This document shows, piece by piece, positions 47,070 through 56,061 of a stretch of DNA of 64,000 nucleotides. This DNA is from Bacteroidales bacterium. Its GTDB lineage: Bacteria > Bacteroidota > Bacteroidia > Bacteroidales > UBA932. Under the pieces are notes generated by a model. That model saw nothing but the letters and a program-made list of their open reading frames with translations, was not told where the DNA came from and did not search any database. The DNA lies in the NCBI GenBank assembly GCA_017471965.1, contig JAFURF010000009.1, positions 7,972 to 71,971 of the forward strand, in the 5' to 3' direction. Position numbers and translations under genes: made by a program. Within the stretch, counting starts at the first letter, position 1. Each line of letters opens with the position of its first letter.

Positions 47070-48410
47070 ATGACAGGAAACACTGCAGACATAATCATCA
47101 TCGGGGCAGGTGCTGCCGGTCTTATGGCCGCAGCAGGCGCTGCGGAGCACATTTCAGAGAGCGGCAAGGATGCAAGAGTGCTGGTGCTTGAAAAGATGCC
47201 ACGTCCCGGACGCAAGATCATGATCACCGGAAAGGGAAGATGCAATTTCACCAACCTGAAGCAGTGGAACGAGTTTTCCGAGCACATACATCCGAAGCCT
47301 AATTTCCTCAAGCCAGCGTTCTACAACCTGACATCTGAGAAACTGATCGGCTTCATGGAGGCTCATGGCCTTGAGACCGTTGTGGAAAGAGGCGACAGGG
47401 CATTCCCTGCATCCCATCTTGCATCAGACGTAGTGGACACACTGGTAAAGGCCGCAATCAAGGCTGGTGCCGAAATCCTCTGCAACAAGACCGTCAGTCA
47501 TATAGAGCACTCCATCTGTCATCCTGAGCGAAGCGAAGGATCCTTCACCATCAGATGTGCAGACGGCAGCACATATACCTCCTCGAGGCTCATAATCTGC
47601 ACAGGCGGACTTTCTTATCCGAAGACCGGTTCCACAGGCGACGGATATGAATGGGCCAGACAGACCGGACACGAAATCCGTCCTCTATTTCCGTCACTTA
47701 CTGCAATTGTTCCGAAAGGCTATAAGCATACCAGTGTTGCCAAAGGCCATATCGACCGTAGCGAGCCCCTTTCGGAGATCGGCAAAGACCTGTGCGGCAA
47801 TCAGTTGAAGAATGTTGCTCTGACTCTATTTGTGGACGGAAACGAGGCGCAGCATGAGTTCGGTGACCTTGATTTCACTGACGGAGGCATCGAGGGACCG
47901 ATAGGATTCAAGGTCAGCAGAAAATGCGTCAACGCCATCATCAACGGCTCCAAGGCATATGTCTCGATCGACATGAAGCCCGCTGTGGAAATAGAGGACC
48001 TGACTGTCAGGATCTCCACTCTCTGGAACGAAGTATCAAAAGACAAGAGGAACCAGCAGAAACTTTACAAGGACAGATTCAGGATCCTTCTTGCCAAGGT
48101 TCTTCCTCAGTCGCTGATTCCGGCATTCGGCAGACTTCATCCGAACCTTGACCACAAGACTCTTCCTAATGCACTGAAGGACTGGAAGATGGAGATTGCC
48201 GGCTTTGTAGGATACGAAAGATGCGTGGTCACGGCAGGCGGCGTATCACAGAATGACATGACTCCAAAGACTATGGAATCCCGGATTGTTACCGGCCTGT
48301 ATTTCGCCGGAGAAGTCATAGACCTCGATGCCGACACCGGAGGCTATAACCTCCAGACTGCCTTCTCCACAGGCTACCTCGCCGGCATCAGTGCCGCAAA
48401 ATCTCTATAA
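47070..48410 (+). CDS. HI0933/BaiN family NAD(P)/FAD-dependent oxidoreductase
   Basis: IGAGAAG, ITGKGRCNFTN, TGGLSYPKTGSTGDG, GEVIDLDADTGGYNLQ. Confidence 0.92.
   Translation: MTGNTADIIIIGAGAAGLMAAAGAAEHISESGKDARVLVLEKMPRPGRKIMITGKGRCNFTNLKQWNEFSEHIHPKPNFLKPAFYNLTSEKLIGFMEAHGLETVVERGDRAFPASHLASDVVDTLVKAAIKAGAEILCNKTVSHIEHSICHPERSEGSFTIRCADGSTYTSSRLIICTGGLSYPKTGSTGDGYEWARQTGHEIRPLFPSLTAIVPKGYKHTSVAKGHIDRSEPLSEIGKDLCGNQLKNVALTLFVDGNEAQHEFGDLDFTDGGIEGPIGFKVSRKCVNAIINGSKAYVSIDMKPAVEIEDLTVRISTLWNEVSKDKRNQQKLYKDRFRILLAKVLPQSLIPAFGRLHPNLDHKTLPNALKDWKMEIAGFVGYERCVVTAGGVSQNDMTPKTMESRIVTGLYFAGEVIDLDADTGGYNLQTAFSTGYLAGISAAKSL
47517..47542 (+). repeat. REP-like element in frame inside the oxidoreductase (encodes CHPERSEGS)
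   Basis: TGTCATCCTGAGCGAAGCGAAGGATC; shares GTCATyCTGAG and GAGCGAAGCGA with 11829-11860. Confidence 0.6.
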
Positions 48411-48415
48411 TCAGA

Positions 48416-49825
48416 TCAGATGACTCCGGAGCCGAGCATCTCACCGTCTTGAGCGTACCAGACAGCGAACTGGCCTGGGGTGATGCCTCGTTGGGGGGAA
48501 TCAAAGAGGATGTAGAGACCGTTGTCGCGCATGATCAGGGTCGCATCCTGAAGAGGCTGACGGTAACGTATGCGGACGCGGTATCGTCTGATTTCGCCGG
48601 AAATCATCATCAGGTCAGGACGTATCCAGTGGATCTCTTCGGGAATGATCCTCAGGCAACTTCGCGAAAGCCCCTTGTGGGTGTGGCCTTCGCCTACATA
48701 TATCATGTTCCTTTCGATGTCTGTCCCGATGACGAAGACCGAATCCTTGTGACCTCCGATATTGAGGCCTTTTCGCTGTCCTATCGTATAGAACTGGGCT
48801 CCGTCGTGCTTTCCTACTATCTTTCCGTATGGATTGTCCTTGTATCTTGTCTTCTTCATATGCTTACGGCCGCTTCTGTATGTCTCGGTCTGGAATCTTA
48901 TGTCATAACGGACCGGTTCCGACAGACGCAGGAGGGTGTCGTCTGATAGAGATGCCACCTTATCCATGTCAAAAGGACAGCCGGCTGCAGTCACAGGGAC
49001 AGCCTTGTCTTCCGACACGTATTCTGTGATCATATTTACTTCATGATCATCGAGAGTAATGGATGCGAGTGTATCTGCCAAAAACACATACTGTTCATTA
49101 TCAGAATAATAGGCGTCATATACTTCGATTATATCTCCTTCGCATGGCTTAAGTTTCTGCTGGAGGAAGGTCGGGAGATCAACCTTTCCTACGAAGCATA
49201 TGCCCTGAGAGTCCTTCTTGTCTGCAGAAGGGAGGTCTGCCTCATGAGCAAGCCTTCGCACTTCCGGCTTGACGATGTCTCCTATAGGAAACATTGCCTT
49301 TGCCAACTGCTCCTGAGTGAGCTGGCAGAGGAAGTAACTCTGGTCTTTGTTGGGATCGCTTCCGGCAAGAATCCTGTAAACAGGAGCATCGTCCTTTCCT
49401 GTGACAGTCTCCTTCCTGCAATAATGACCTGTCGCGACAAACTCTGCTCCGAGTTTCATAGCACATTTCATGAAGGCATCGAACTTTATCTCCCTGTTGC
49501 AGAGCACATCCGGATTCGGGGTACGGCCTTTTTCATATTCGTCAAACATATAATCCACCACCCTCTTGCGGTATTCCTCACTCAGATCGACAAAATAGAA
49601 CGGGATACCGATCTTTCTTGCCACCATCTCAGCCACGAAACGGTCCTCCTCCCACTCGCAGTCTCCATGCAGGGTCGCGGATGCGTCATGCCAGTTCTGC
49701 ATGAACAGCGCAAACACATCGTAACCTTGCTGCTTGAGAAGAAGTGCTGCAACACTGGAGTCAACACCTCCCGAAAGGCCCACACAGACCTTTATCTTGC
49801 TGTTTTCCGGTAGATTATGAGACAT
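48416..49825 (-). CDS. mnmA: tRNA 2-thiouridine synthase with a long internal insertion
   Basis: GLSGGVDSS, TPNPDVLCNREIKF, ATGHY, KDQSYFL, DSQGICF, TIGQRKG, TPGQ. Confidence 0.95.
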   Translation of the reverse strand: MSHNLPENSKIKVCVGLSGGVDSSVAALLLKQQGYDVFALFMQNWHDASATLHGDCEWEEDRFVAEMVARKIGIPFYFVDLSEEYRKRVVDYMFDEYEKGRTPNPDVLCNREIKFDAFMKCAMKLGAEFVATGHYCRKETVTGKDDAPVYRILAGSDPNKDQSYFLCQLTQEQLAKAMFPIGDIVKPEVRRLAHEADLPSADKKDSQGICFVGKVDLPTFLQQKLKPCEGDIIEVYDAYYSDNEQYVFLADTLASITLDDHEVNMITEYVSEDKAVPVTAAGCPFDMDKVASLSDDTLLRLSEPVRYDIRFQTETYRSGRKHMKKTRYKDNPYGKIVGKHDGAQFYTIGQRKGLNIGGHKDSVFVIGTDIERNMIYVGEGHTHKGLSRSCLRIIPEEIHWIRPDLMMISGEIRRYRVRIRYRQPLQDATLIMRDNGLYILFDSPQRGITPGQFAVWYAQDGEMLGSGVI

Positions 49826-49882
49826 ATTTGACAAAAAGCATTATATTTGTGAAGTTTGCAAAGATAACTCAATTGATCTTTT

Positions 49883-50356
49883 ATGACAAGCAAAGAGATA
49901 AAAATCGCTTTTCTGGAGTATGAGAACCTCGACCAACTCGACCCGAGGGACAGACAACTCGCTCATGCTGCAATAGAGGCAATGAGCGGTGCCTATGCTC
50001 CATATTCAGGATTCAACGTCGGAGCAGCGGTAATGTTCACGGACGGAGATATCGTCAAGGGCTCAAATCAGGAAAATGCCGCATACCCTTCAGGACTGTG
50101 CGCAGAAAGGACAGCCCTTTTCTATGCAAGCGCAAGCAGACCGGACAAGCAGATGGAGGCACTTGCCATCGCTGCAGGACAGAACGGCAACATATGTGCA
50201 TCACCTGCAACCCCTTGCGGAGCCTGCAGGCAGGTAATGGCACAATATCAGACAAAGAGCGGAAGACCCCTCAGAGTCATCCTGATAGGTGCCGACAAGA
50301 TCTGGCGCTTCGAAAAGGTTGATGATCTTCTGCCTCTGATCTTCGACAGCATCTGA
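49883..50356 (+). CDS. cdd: Cytidine deaminase
   Basis: AYAPYS, NQENAAYPSGLCAER, PCGACRQ. Confidence 0.93.
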   Translation: MTSKEIKIAFLEYENLDQLDPRDRQLAHAAIEAMSGAYAPYSGFNVGAAVMFTDGDIVKGSNQENAAYPSGLCAERTALFYASASRPDKQMEALAIAAGQNGNICASPATPCGACRQVMAQYQTKSGRPLRVILIGADKIWRFEKVDDLLPLIFDSI

Positions 50357-50409
50357 CATTTTCAGCAGACGAAATTTCAATAATTTTTTGCGAGGGTCAT
50401 TTTTTTATG

Positions 50410-50417
50410 TACCTTTG
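50410..50417 (+). promoter_or_regulatory. -7 promoter element of ffs
   Basis: TACCTTTG, 5 nt upstream of the RNA's closing stem. Confidence 0.75.
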
Positions 50418-50422
50418 CATCC

Positions 50423-50519
50423 GGGTAAGTCTTACACGACCAGCTCCCTCCGAATTCCCCCAGGACTTGACCGTAGCAAGGGTAGGAGGTCGTAGCGGTG
50501 CGATGTAATACGCTTACCC
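50423..50519 (+). ncRNA. ffs: Signal recognition particle (4.5S) RNA
   Basis: Closing stem GGGTAAG/CTTACCC followed by a T run; helix-8 motif CAGG...AGCA with UGAC loop; own promoter. Confidence 0.85.
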
Positions 50520-50544
50520 TTTTTTCATACCCTATAGCGCCACT

Positions 50545-50904
50545 ATGAAGATTTCGGAAAAGCACCAAGGCATTGACGGTCAGAAGGCCTGGTCGATTGT
50601 CGTAGATTATGTTAAGACACACGAGGAAATCATGACAGTCAGCGGACTTAAGCTCACTGTCAGGTTTGTCGGCAACTGCATTTTCCTGAAAGGCGGTACA
50701 CCGGGGACCAAACGTGCCGACAAGGGAGAATACCTGACCGGAAAGGATTTCATGGCAGCATTCGACGCCATCAAGAATTGGGAAGAAATCAATACCGGCA
50801 ACGTCAAGCCATATATAAAAAGGCAGCAGACGCCTTTCATCGCGCTGCTGTACAATGCAGGCATACTTGAAAACAACATCTTAGAAACACTTACTATTGC
50901 ATGA
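50545..50904 (+). CDS. Hypothetical protein
   Basis: 119-aa ORF overlapping the CotH start by 4 bp (ATGA). Confidence 0.65.
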   Translation: MKISEKHQGIDGQKAWSIVVDYVKTHEEIMTVSGLKLTVRFVGNCIFLKGGTPGTKRADKGEYLTGKDFMAAFDAIKNWEEINTGNVKPYIKRQQTPFIALLYNAGILENNILETLTIA

Positions 50905-52370
50905 AATCCGGAATTACAGCACCAAGGATATTTATAGCATCGATACTTGCATCCGTATTGACCATATGCGGATGCGGCAAGATAGAACCTGACCCGATAC
51001 CGATACCACCTGCAGAACAGGAAAAGCCAGAAGAAGGAACAGAGCAGGAGAAGCCGTCCTGGCCAGAAGATCAGCAAGGGAAAAGTTACATATGGGACGA
51101 TACCGCCGTTCCGGAAATTTGCATAAGGATTTCAAACGGCAACTGGAATTATCTGCTTACATGTTTTGACAAGAACCATGACATATCGCCTTACATGAGT
51201 TGCGATGTGATTTTCGACAAGAAAGGTTCTGTGGACACAGTCAGGAACGTCGGCATCAGGCTCTGCGACAATAATGACGGGATGCGGCCGGAAGGAATCA
51301 GTGGAGACTCCCATTCAGCCACAGATGCGAAATGGGGATTGAGCAACTATCAGATTGACTTCGGATTCTACAAGAAGGACAAAACTCTAAGGAACGTCAA
51401 GGGAATCATGCTCCGTTCATGTGTCAACGACCCTACATTTGCAAGAGAGGCTTTCTGTCATGAACTTTTCGGACGATATGGAATATGGACCGTAGGCCGG
51501 CACTCATACTGTCGCCTGAGCATTCATGTGGAAGGCGATACTGAGCCGGCATACCTCGGCATATACCAGATGACGGAACCGTTCGACGAAGATTACATCT
51601 GCGACAGGGCCGGCAGATTTTTCAGTCAGGATGGTTATCTATGGAGATGTTCGGCAGGTGCCTTCCTCAGAGACGCTGACATAAGGACTACGGCTGACTC
51701 CGGAAAAGGTGAGAGTTCCACATATCTTCTCATGAACAATCAGGACAGGCATGCCACAGCAGAGAAGCAGTTGTCAGAATTCATAAGCAACATCAACAAA
51801 TTGAATGACAAGGCCTTTCAGGCATGGATAATATCCGTGCTTGATGTCAGACTGTTCCTGAGGACGTATGCAGTCATGGTCTGTGCAGGCCTATATGATG
51901 ACTACTGGAATACCGGTGACAACTACTATCTGTTCTTCAATTCCATGGACGAAGGCAGGTACAACGTGTTCTTCATACCTTACGGATTTGACAAGTCTCT
52001 GGGAAGTTCGGAAAAAGCCATAATGCCGGATCCTGGAATGCAGGACCCATACCACTGGGGCAGAAGCATTGCTCCGCTTGTAAACAAACTTCTGCAATGT
52101 GAGGAATTCAATGAAATATATACAGATGCGCTCTATGAACTGACGCTCCCGGAAGCATATCTCTTCAATTCGACAGAAAACATCTATATCATACAGGATC
52201 TGATGGGCAAGGTAAGTTACTACACAAAGAACGACACCGGACTATGCATGAAAGCCCAGGACAGACCTGTCGAATGGAGTTCACAGAAAAGATACAACCT
52301 CACAAAGGATGACGAAAACAACTTCTTCAGAGTGAGGTCGGAAAGAATCAGAGCCATGATAGGACAGTAG
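50901..52370 (+). CDS. CotH kinase family lipoprotein (possibly catalytically degenerate)
   Basis: Lipobox ICGC, NDPTFARE, YLGIYQMTEPFDE, GYLWRC, DDYWNTGDNYYL, FIPYGFD. Confidence 0.8.
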   Translation: MKSGITAPRIFIASILASVLTICGCGKIEPDPIPIPPAEQEKPEEGTEQEKPSWPEDQQGKSYIWDDTAVPEICIRISNGNWNYLLTCFDKNHDISPYMSCDVIFDKKGSVDTVRNVGIRLCDNNDGMRPEGISGDSHSATDAKWGLSNYQIDFGFYKKDKTLRNVKGIMLRSCVNDPTFAREAFCHELFGRYGIWTVGRHSYCRLSIHVEGDTEPAYLGIYQMTEPFDEDYICDRAGRFFSQDGYLWRCSAGAFLRDADIRTTADSGKGESSTYLLMNNQDRHATAEKQLSEFISNINKLNDKAFQAWIISVLDVRLFLRTYAVMVCAGLYDDYWNTGDNYYLFFNSMDEGRYNVFFIPYGFDKSLGSSEKAIMPDPGMQDPYHWGRSIAPLVNKLLQCEEFNEIYTDALYELTLPEAYLFNSTENIYIIQDLMGKVSYYTKNDTGLCMKAQDRPVEWSSQKRYNLTKDDENNFFRVRSERIRAMIGQ

Positions 52371-52372
52371 AA

Positions 52373-52471
52373 TCAAGGCCTGTCCACGGTATAGAACTCA
52401 ATCATACGCTCCAAGGCCCTCTGGCATACAGGGCAGAACGCATCTGCAGCATTAGTCTTCATGCGGCAGTC
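52373..52471 (-). pseudogene. Orphan diverged 3' end of the M64 peptidase gene
   Basis: DCRMKTNAADAFCPVCQRALERMIEFYTVDRP*; 23/28 aa identical to the C-terminus of 54663-55958. Confidence 0.9.
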
Positions 52472-52557
52472 CGAAATCATACAACCTCACCCATGATAAC
52501 GAAATGAACTATTTCAAGGCAAGATCAGAAACCATCAGAAAGGCAATCGGTCACTGA
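52471..52557 (+). pseudogene. Orphan diverged 3' end of the CotH gene
   Basis: (PKS)YNLTHDNEMNYFKARSETIRKAIGH*; 15/25 aa identical to, and the same length as, the CotH end at 52293-52370. Confidence 0.85.
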
Positions 52558-54644
52558 TCCTTCCTGTACATCTTTATCAAGGCCGACGAACGGGGTTCGT
52601 CAAGGATAATCGTAAAGCCGTCGGAAATCAGTTCCGATCCTTCCACTTCCTTTATTTCACCGGTGTCGAAATTGACAAAACCGTACAGTGCATCAGGCTC
52701 TATATCTCCCAGTTTCGCATTGAAGACAGGTTCTGTGCATTCCTCCCTACGGAAAGCAAGGATGAATCCCTTCCCTTCTTCTGGCTTGTAAAGTTGGTAT
52801 GCGCACCATACATCCTTGCCCAGATCGAACTCAGTCAGAGGGAAATAATCCCCATTGAAGCAATCCTTGATTTCTGCATGCTGGCGCATCATCTTACGGA
52901 ACCAGTCCCATGGATAGTCAGCAGGTGCCTCCAGATAATCCCCTCTCTCACTGCGCGGCAGGAAATTGAAGTTCAGGCCGGCATTCATATTGCTTCGGAA
53001 ACTGTATGAATCACATGGCTTTATGGCTGTTCCCGTATTGCTGTACGGAATCCAGTTCATTATACCGAATGCATGGAGTTGACAGCCGATAGGATCTGCC
53101 CAGGCATGGCATGTATAATCAGTGCGATGAAGGGCAACGCTTCTACGGAGCATCTCAAGTTCCAGTCTGTGACCGCCTCCTGCACAATTATCCACAATAA
53201 GATCAGGATACCGCTCAAGGAGTTCATCCAGAAGACGGTAAAGATTGGTGATATACCTTATCTCAGTCATTCCCAGACGGTCTTCGGCATCCTTGTTAGT
53301 CCAATATTTGAGTCCCCCTGTGTTGTTGTCATTGCGCAGGATGTCTATTCCCGTCTCCTCAATGTGTCTTGAAACGAAAGAAAGAAGCCACTGATATGCC
53401 TCTTCATTGCCCAAATCAATCATGTGTGCATCGACACGGGGATACTTGCCCACCTTAGGGCGCGGATAGGAATCAGGTAGATGAAGCATCCATTCAGGAT
53501 GTTCAACCGCTACCGGAGTACCGGCAACCGCACGTTCAAGTTCAAACCACAGAAGAAATTTCATGCCGGCTTCATGCGCCGCATCACTTACCACTTTCAG
53601 ACCATCCGGATGAACAACTGTATTCACATTCCAGTCACCTACCACCCCATACCAGTCTTCATCAGCAGAGTCCTGATAAGGCAGTGTCTCATGCGGACCG
53701 CCGAACCACCCGGCATCAATCCAGTAATTGTCATAACATACGTCAAGTTCCTTGATCTTGGCAATGTTTGCCAGATGCTTCTCTGTGGACGTTCCACCCC
53801 ATGAAGGGAAAGAAATCGGCACGACAATATCCTTTCCTGAAGGTTTTGGAGACGAGTACTTGACAATATAGCGCCTAAGCACATTATGCGCATCGGTACA
53901 TTCTCCGTTCCAGAACAGCATCATTATAAGAGGAGTACGTATCTTCTCGCCTGGATACAACCGAAGATTCGTCTTTTCAAGACCAGACTCAACATTCAGG
54001 ACATCACCGGCAGTGGTGAACCTTGCCTTCCACTGTCCGGCCCATCCGACGCTTGCAATCACACCCTCCCCAGCCGATCTGTGAATATTGAAGAAGGGAA
54101 GAAAATTATATGAAGACCATCCGGCCCTTGCGTTGAAATACATCTCACCGTTTCGTGCCGTGACAACAGAATCCTTCAGGGCAAAGTCATCAAAGCCGTC
54201 ATGAGACCCGAGAGAATATCTGAATGTATAATCTCCTTCACCGGACATCATCAGAGGCAGGTCTGCGGCAAGGATATTACTGAAGACACCAGTAGTGTCT
54301 TTTCCCGTATTCTCTATATAACAGGTCCATTCAACCACTGGAAACTCAGGAGCGATCCTTGCATCTACCGTATATATCAGACCCGTACGATCATCACGAA
54401 AAGTGGAGGTACGCACCTTCCATCCTTGCCCATCAACGGACTTTCTCACCGAATGACGGGTACCGGACAGGACAGAGTCAGATGCGGCTCCCTCATATAC
54501 AAAGCCGAGCGCAGGTGATGTTTCGGATGTGATTGTCATGAAGAAATCCTCTGCACGCTCAAACTCTCTTCCGCCTCTGACGGAAAATGTACATGCAGAC
54601 AGGATCAATGATGTAAGACAAAAGACATATGATGTATACTTCAT
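52551..54644 (-). CDS. GH36-like alpha-galactosidase lipoprotein
   Basis: Lipobox LSAC, WIDAGW, PDGL, GMKFLLWFELER, DNCAGGGHR, RTD. Confidence 0.82.
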   Translation of the reverse strand: MKYTSYVFCLTSLILSACTFSVRGGREFERAEDFFMTITSETSPALGFVYEGAASDSVLSGTRHSVRKSVDGQGWKVRTSTFRDDRTGLIYTVDARIAPEFPVVEWTCYIENTGKDTTGVFSNILAADLPLMMSGEGDYTFRYSLGSHDGFDDFALKDSVVTARNGEMYFNARAGWSSYNFLPFFNIHRSAGEGVIASVGWAGQWKARFTTAGDVLNVESGLEKTNLRLYPGEKIRTPLIMMLFWNGECTDAHNVLRRYIVKYSSPKPSGKDIVVPISFPSWGGTSTEKHLANIAKIKELDVCYDNYWIDAGWFGGPHETLPYQDSADEDWYGVVGDWNVNTVVHPDGLKVVSDAAHEAGMKFLLWFELERAVAGTPVAVEHPEWMLHLPDSYPRPKVGKYPRVDAHMIDLGNEEAYQWLLSFVSRHIEETGIDILRNDNNTGGLKYWTNKDAEDRLGMTEIRYITNLYRLLDELLERYPDLIVDNCAGGGHRLELEMLRRSVALHRTDYTCHAWADPIGCQLHAFGIMNWIPYSNTGTAIKPCDSYSFRSNMNAGLNFNFLPRSERGDYLEAPADYPWDWFRKMMRQHAEIKDCFNGDYFPLTEFDLGKDVWCAYQLYKPEEGKGFILAFRREECTEPVFNAKLGDIEPDALYGFVNFDTGEIKEVEGSELISDGFTIILDEPRSSALIKMYRKDQ

Positions 54645-54662
54645 AATTATTGATGTGGCTGA

Positions 54663-55958
54663 TTATTTTTTCTGATTTTCTGTATAGAATTCAATTATCC
54701 TCGAGATCGCCCTTTGACATACAGGGCAGAACGCTTCCGCAGAATTGGTCTTCATGCGGCAGTCAGGGAACGGCCTGTAGACTCCTTTGGACTGATACCC
54801 GGCACCTTCATATACACCTATGAGACTGTCCATCGAGACTCCTTCATGGAACTGTTTCCAGATATTGCCGCTGACAGGCTCTGTAGGTATACCTACCACT
54901 TTCGGAAGCATATCGTCCCATTTCAACTTGAAGTCATAAAGTGTGGTTATGTTCTGCTCCCATGGCTCGCAGTCAGGATAATAATACTCGACGAACTGGT
55001 CGTCATAATAATACTCGTCCGCCAGTCCACCGAAACTATGTCCGAACTCATGCACCACTACCGGTTTGAATGCCGGATGTCCTGCTGTTGTCAGAGTGTA
55101 CGAATTGAAGATACCTCCGCCACCGTATGTGTCTGTGTTGGCAAGAATGATTATATGCTCGTATGGAATACCGCCAAGACGGTCATGCAGTTGACGCAGA
55201 CGAAGAGTGGTAAGGTATCTGTCCATATAGAAGGTATTGAAATGCGCGCCCAAGGCCGTCTTTTTCCATAATCCCTCTCCGGGCACACTTACACCGCTGT
55301 CCTCCGAAGGAAGGGCTACTGCCACATAATTGAACCTGTCCTTATATTTATTGAAAGGCTCATGTCCAAGAAGAGCCTCCATAGCAGTCTGAGCATCCTG
55401 ATAGAACTCATCTGCCTCTTCTTCTGTATATCCTTCTGCAACTATAGCCACGTCAATGCATTCCTCCACAGGACCGCTCTTCAGCAGATATCTGTGAGGA
55501 GCAGGATCAGGGTTCAGGCGACGGATCAGGATATCGGAAGGATCGACCATATGTGTCAGTGAAGCGGAGACACCGCCTCGGAAATCATACAGTTCCACCT
55601 TCACAAGGGCCTTAGATGAAGGCATCGGAAGAAGAAATACATTCTCGAATGACTTACGGACACGAGTAGCTTCCTCTGTAGCCTGCCATTCCTGAAAGAG
55701 AGTCGAGAAACTCTGTACATACAGAATTTCACCTGTAGATGCATCCCTCATGCAGATCTGTCCGTTACCCCTCAGAGGAGCCTTGTCAAGATTGACCCTT
55801 CTTCCGGCCCAACCCTCAAAAGAAGACATCTCGTCAAGAGATATATCCTGCGACTTTGCAGTACCGGAAAAAATATAATCCACCCTTAATGTCTTGTCCT
55901 GTGCGGCCATTGAAATCACCGACAGGAAAGTCACAAACACAGTTACAACGTATTTCAT
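54663..55958 (-). CDS. M64 family (IgA peptidase-like) metallopeptidase
   Basis: VAEGYT, YGGGG, HEFGHSFGGLADEY, EGAGY, CRM...FCPVC. Confidence 0.9.
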   Translation of the reverse strand: MKYVVTVFVTFLSVISMAAQDKTLRVDYIFSGTAKSQDISLDEMSSFEGWAGRRVNLDKAPLRGNGQICMRDASTGEILYVQSFSTLFQEWQATEEATRVRKSFENVFLLPMPSSKALVKVELYDFRGGVSASLTHMVDPSDILIRRLNPDPAPHRYLLKSGPVEECIDVAIVAEGYTEEEADEFYQDAQTAMEALLGHEPFNKYKDRFNYVAVALPSEDSGVSVPGEGLWKKTALGAHFNTFYMDRYLTTLRLRQLHDRLGGIPYEHIIILANTDTYGGGGIFNSYTLTTAGHPAFKPVVVHEFGHSFGGLADEYYYDDQFVEYYYPDCEPWEQNITTLYDFKLKWDDMLPKVVGIPTEPVSGNIWKQFHEGVSMDSLIGVYEGAGYQSKGVYRPFPDCRMKTNSAEAFCPVCQRAISRIIEFYTENQKK

Positions 55959-56061
55959 ATCTCTTTATCTATCAACTTCTTACACAATATGCGTGCTCCC
56001 CTTTGGCGGCACACACTTCTAATAACATATTAAATATCAAGCGATTGCATCGCACACATCA

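Noticed and set aside
49043-49813. Long antisense ORFs (e.g. 49043-49813, 28777-29334, 54714-55271)
   Set aside because: Shadow frames of well-supported genes on the opposite strand, with no motifs
52373-52557. Diversity-generating retroelement template/variable repeats
   Set aside because: Differences are not adenine-specific (many are synonymous C/T or G/C changes) and there is no reverse transcriptase in the window
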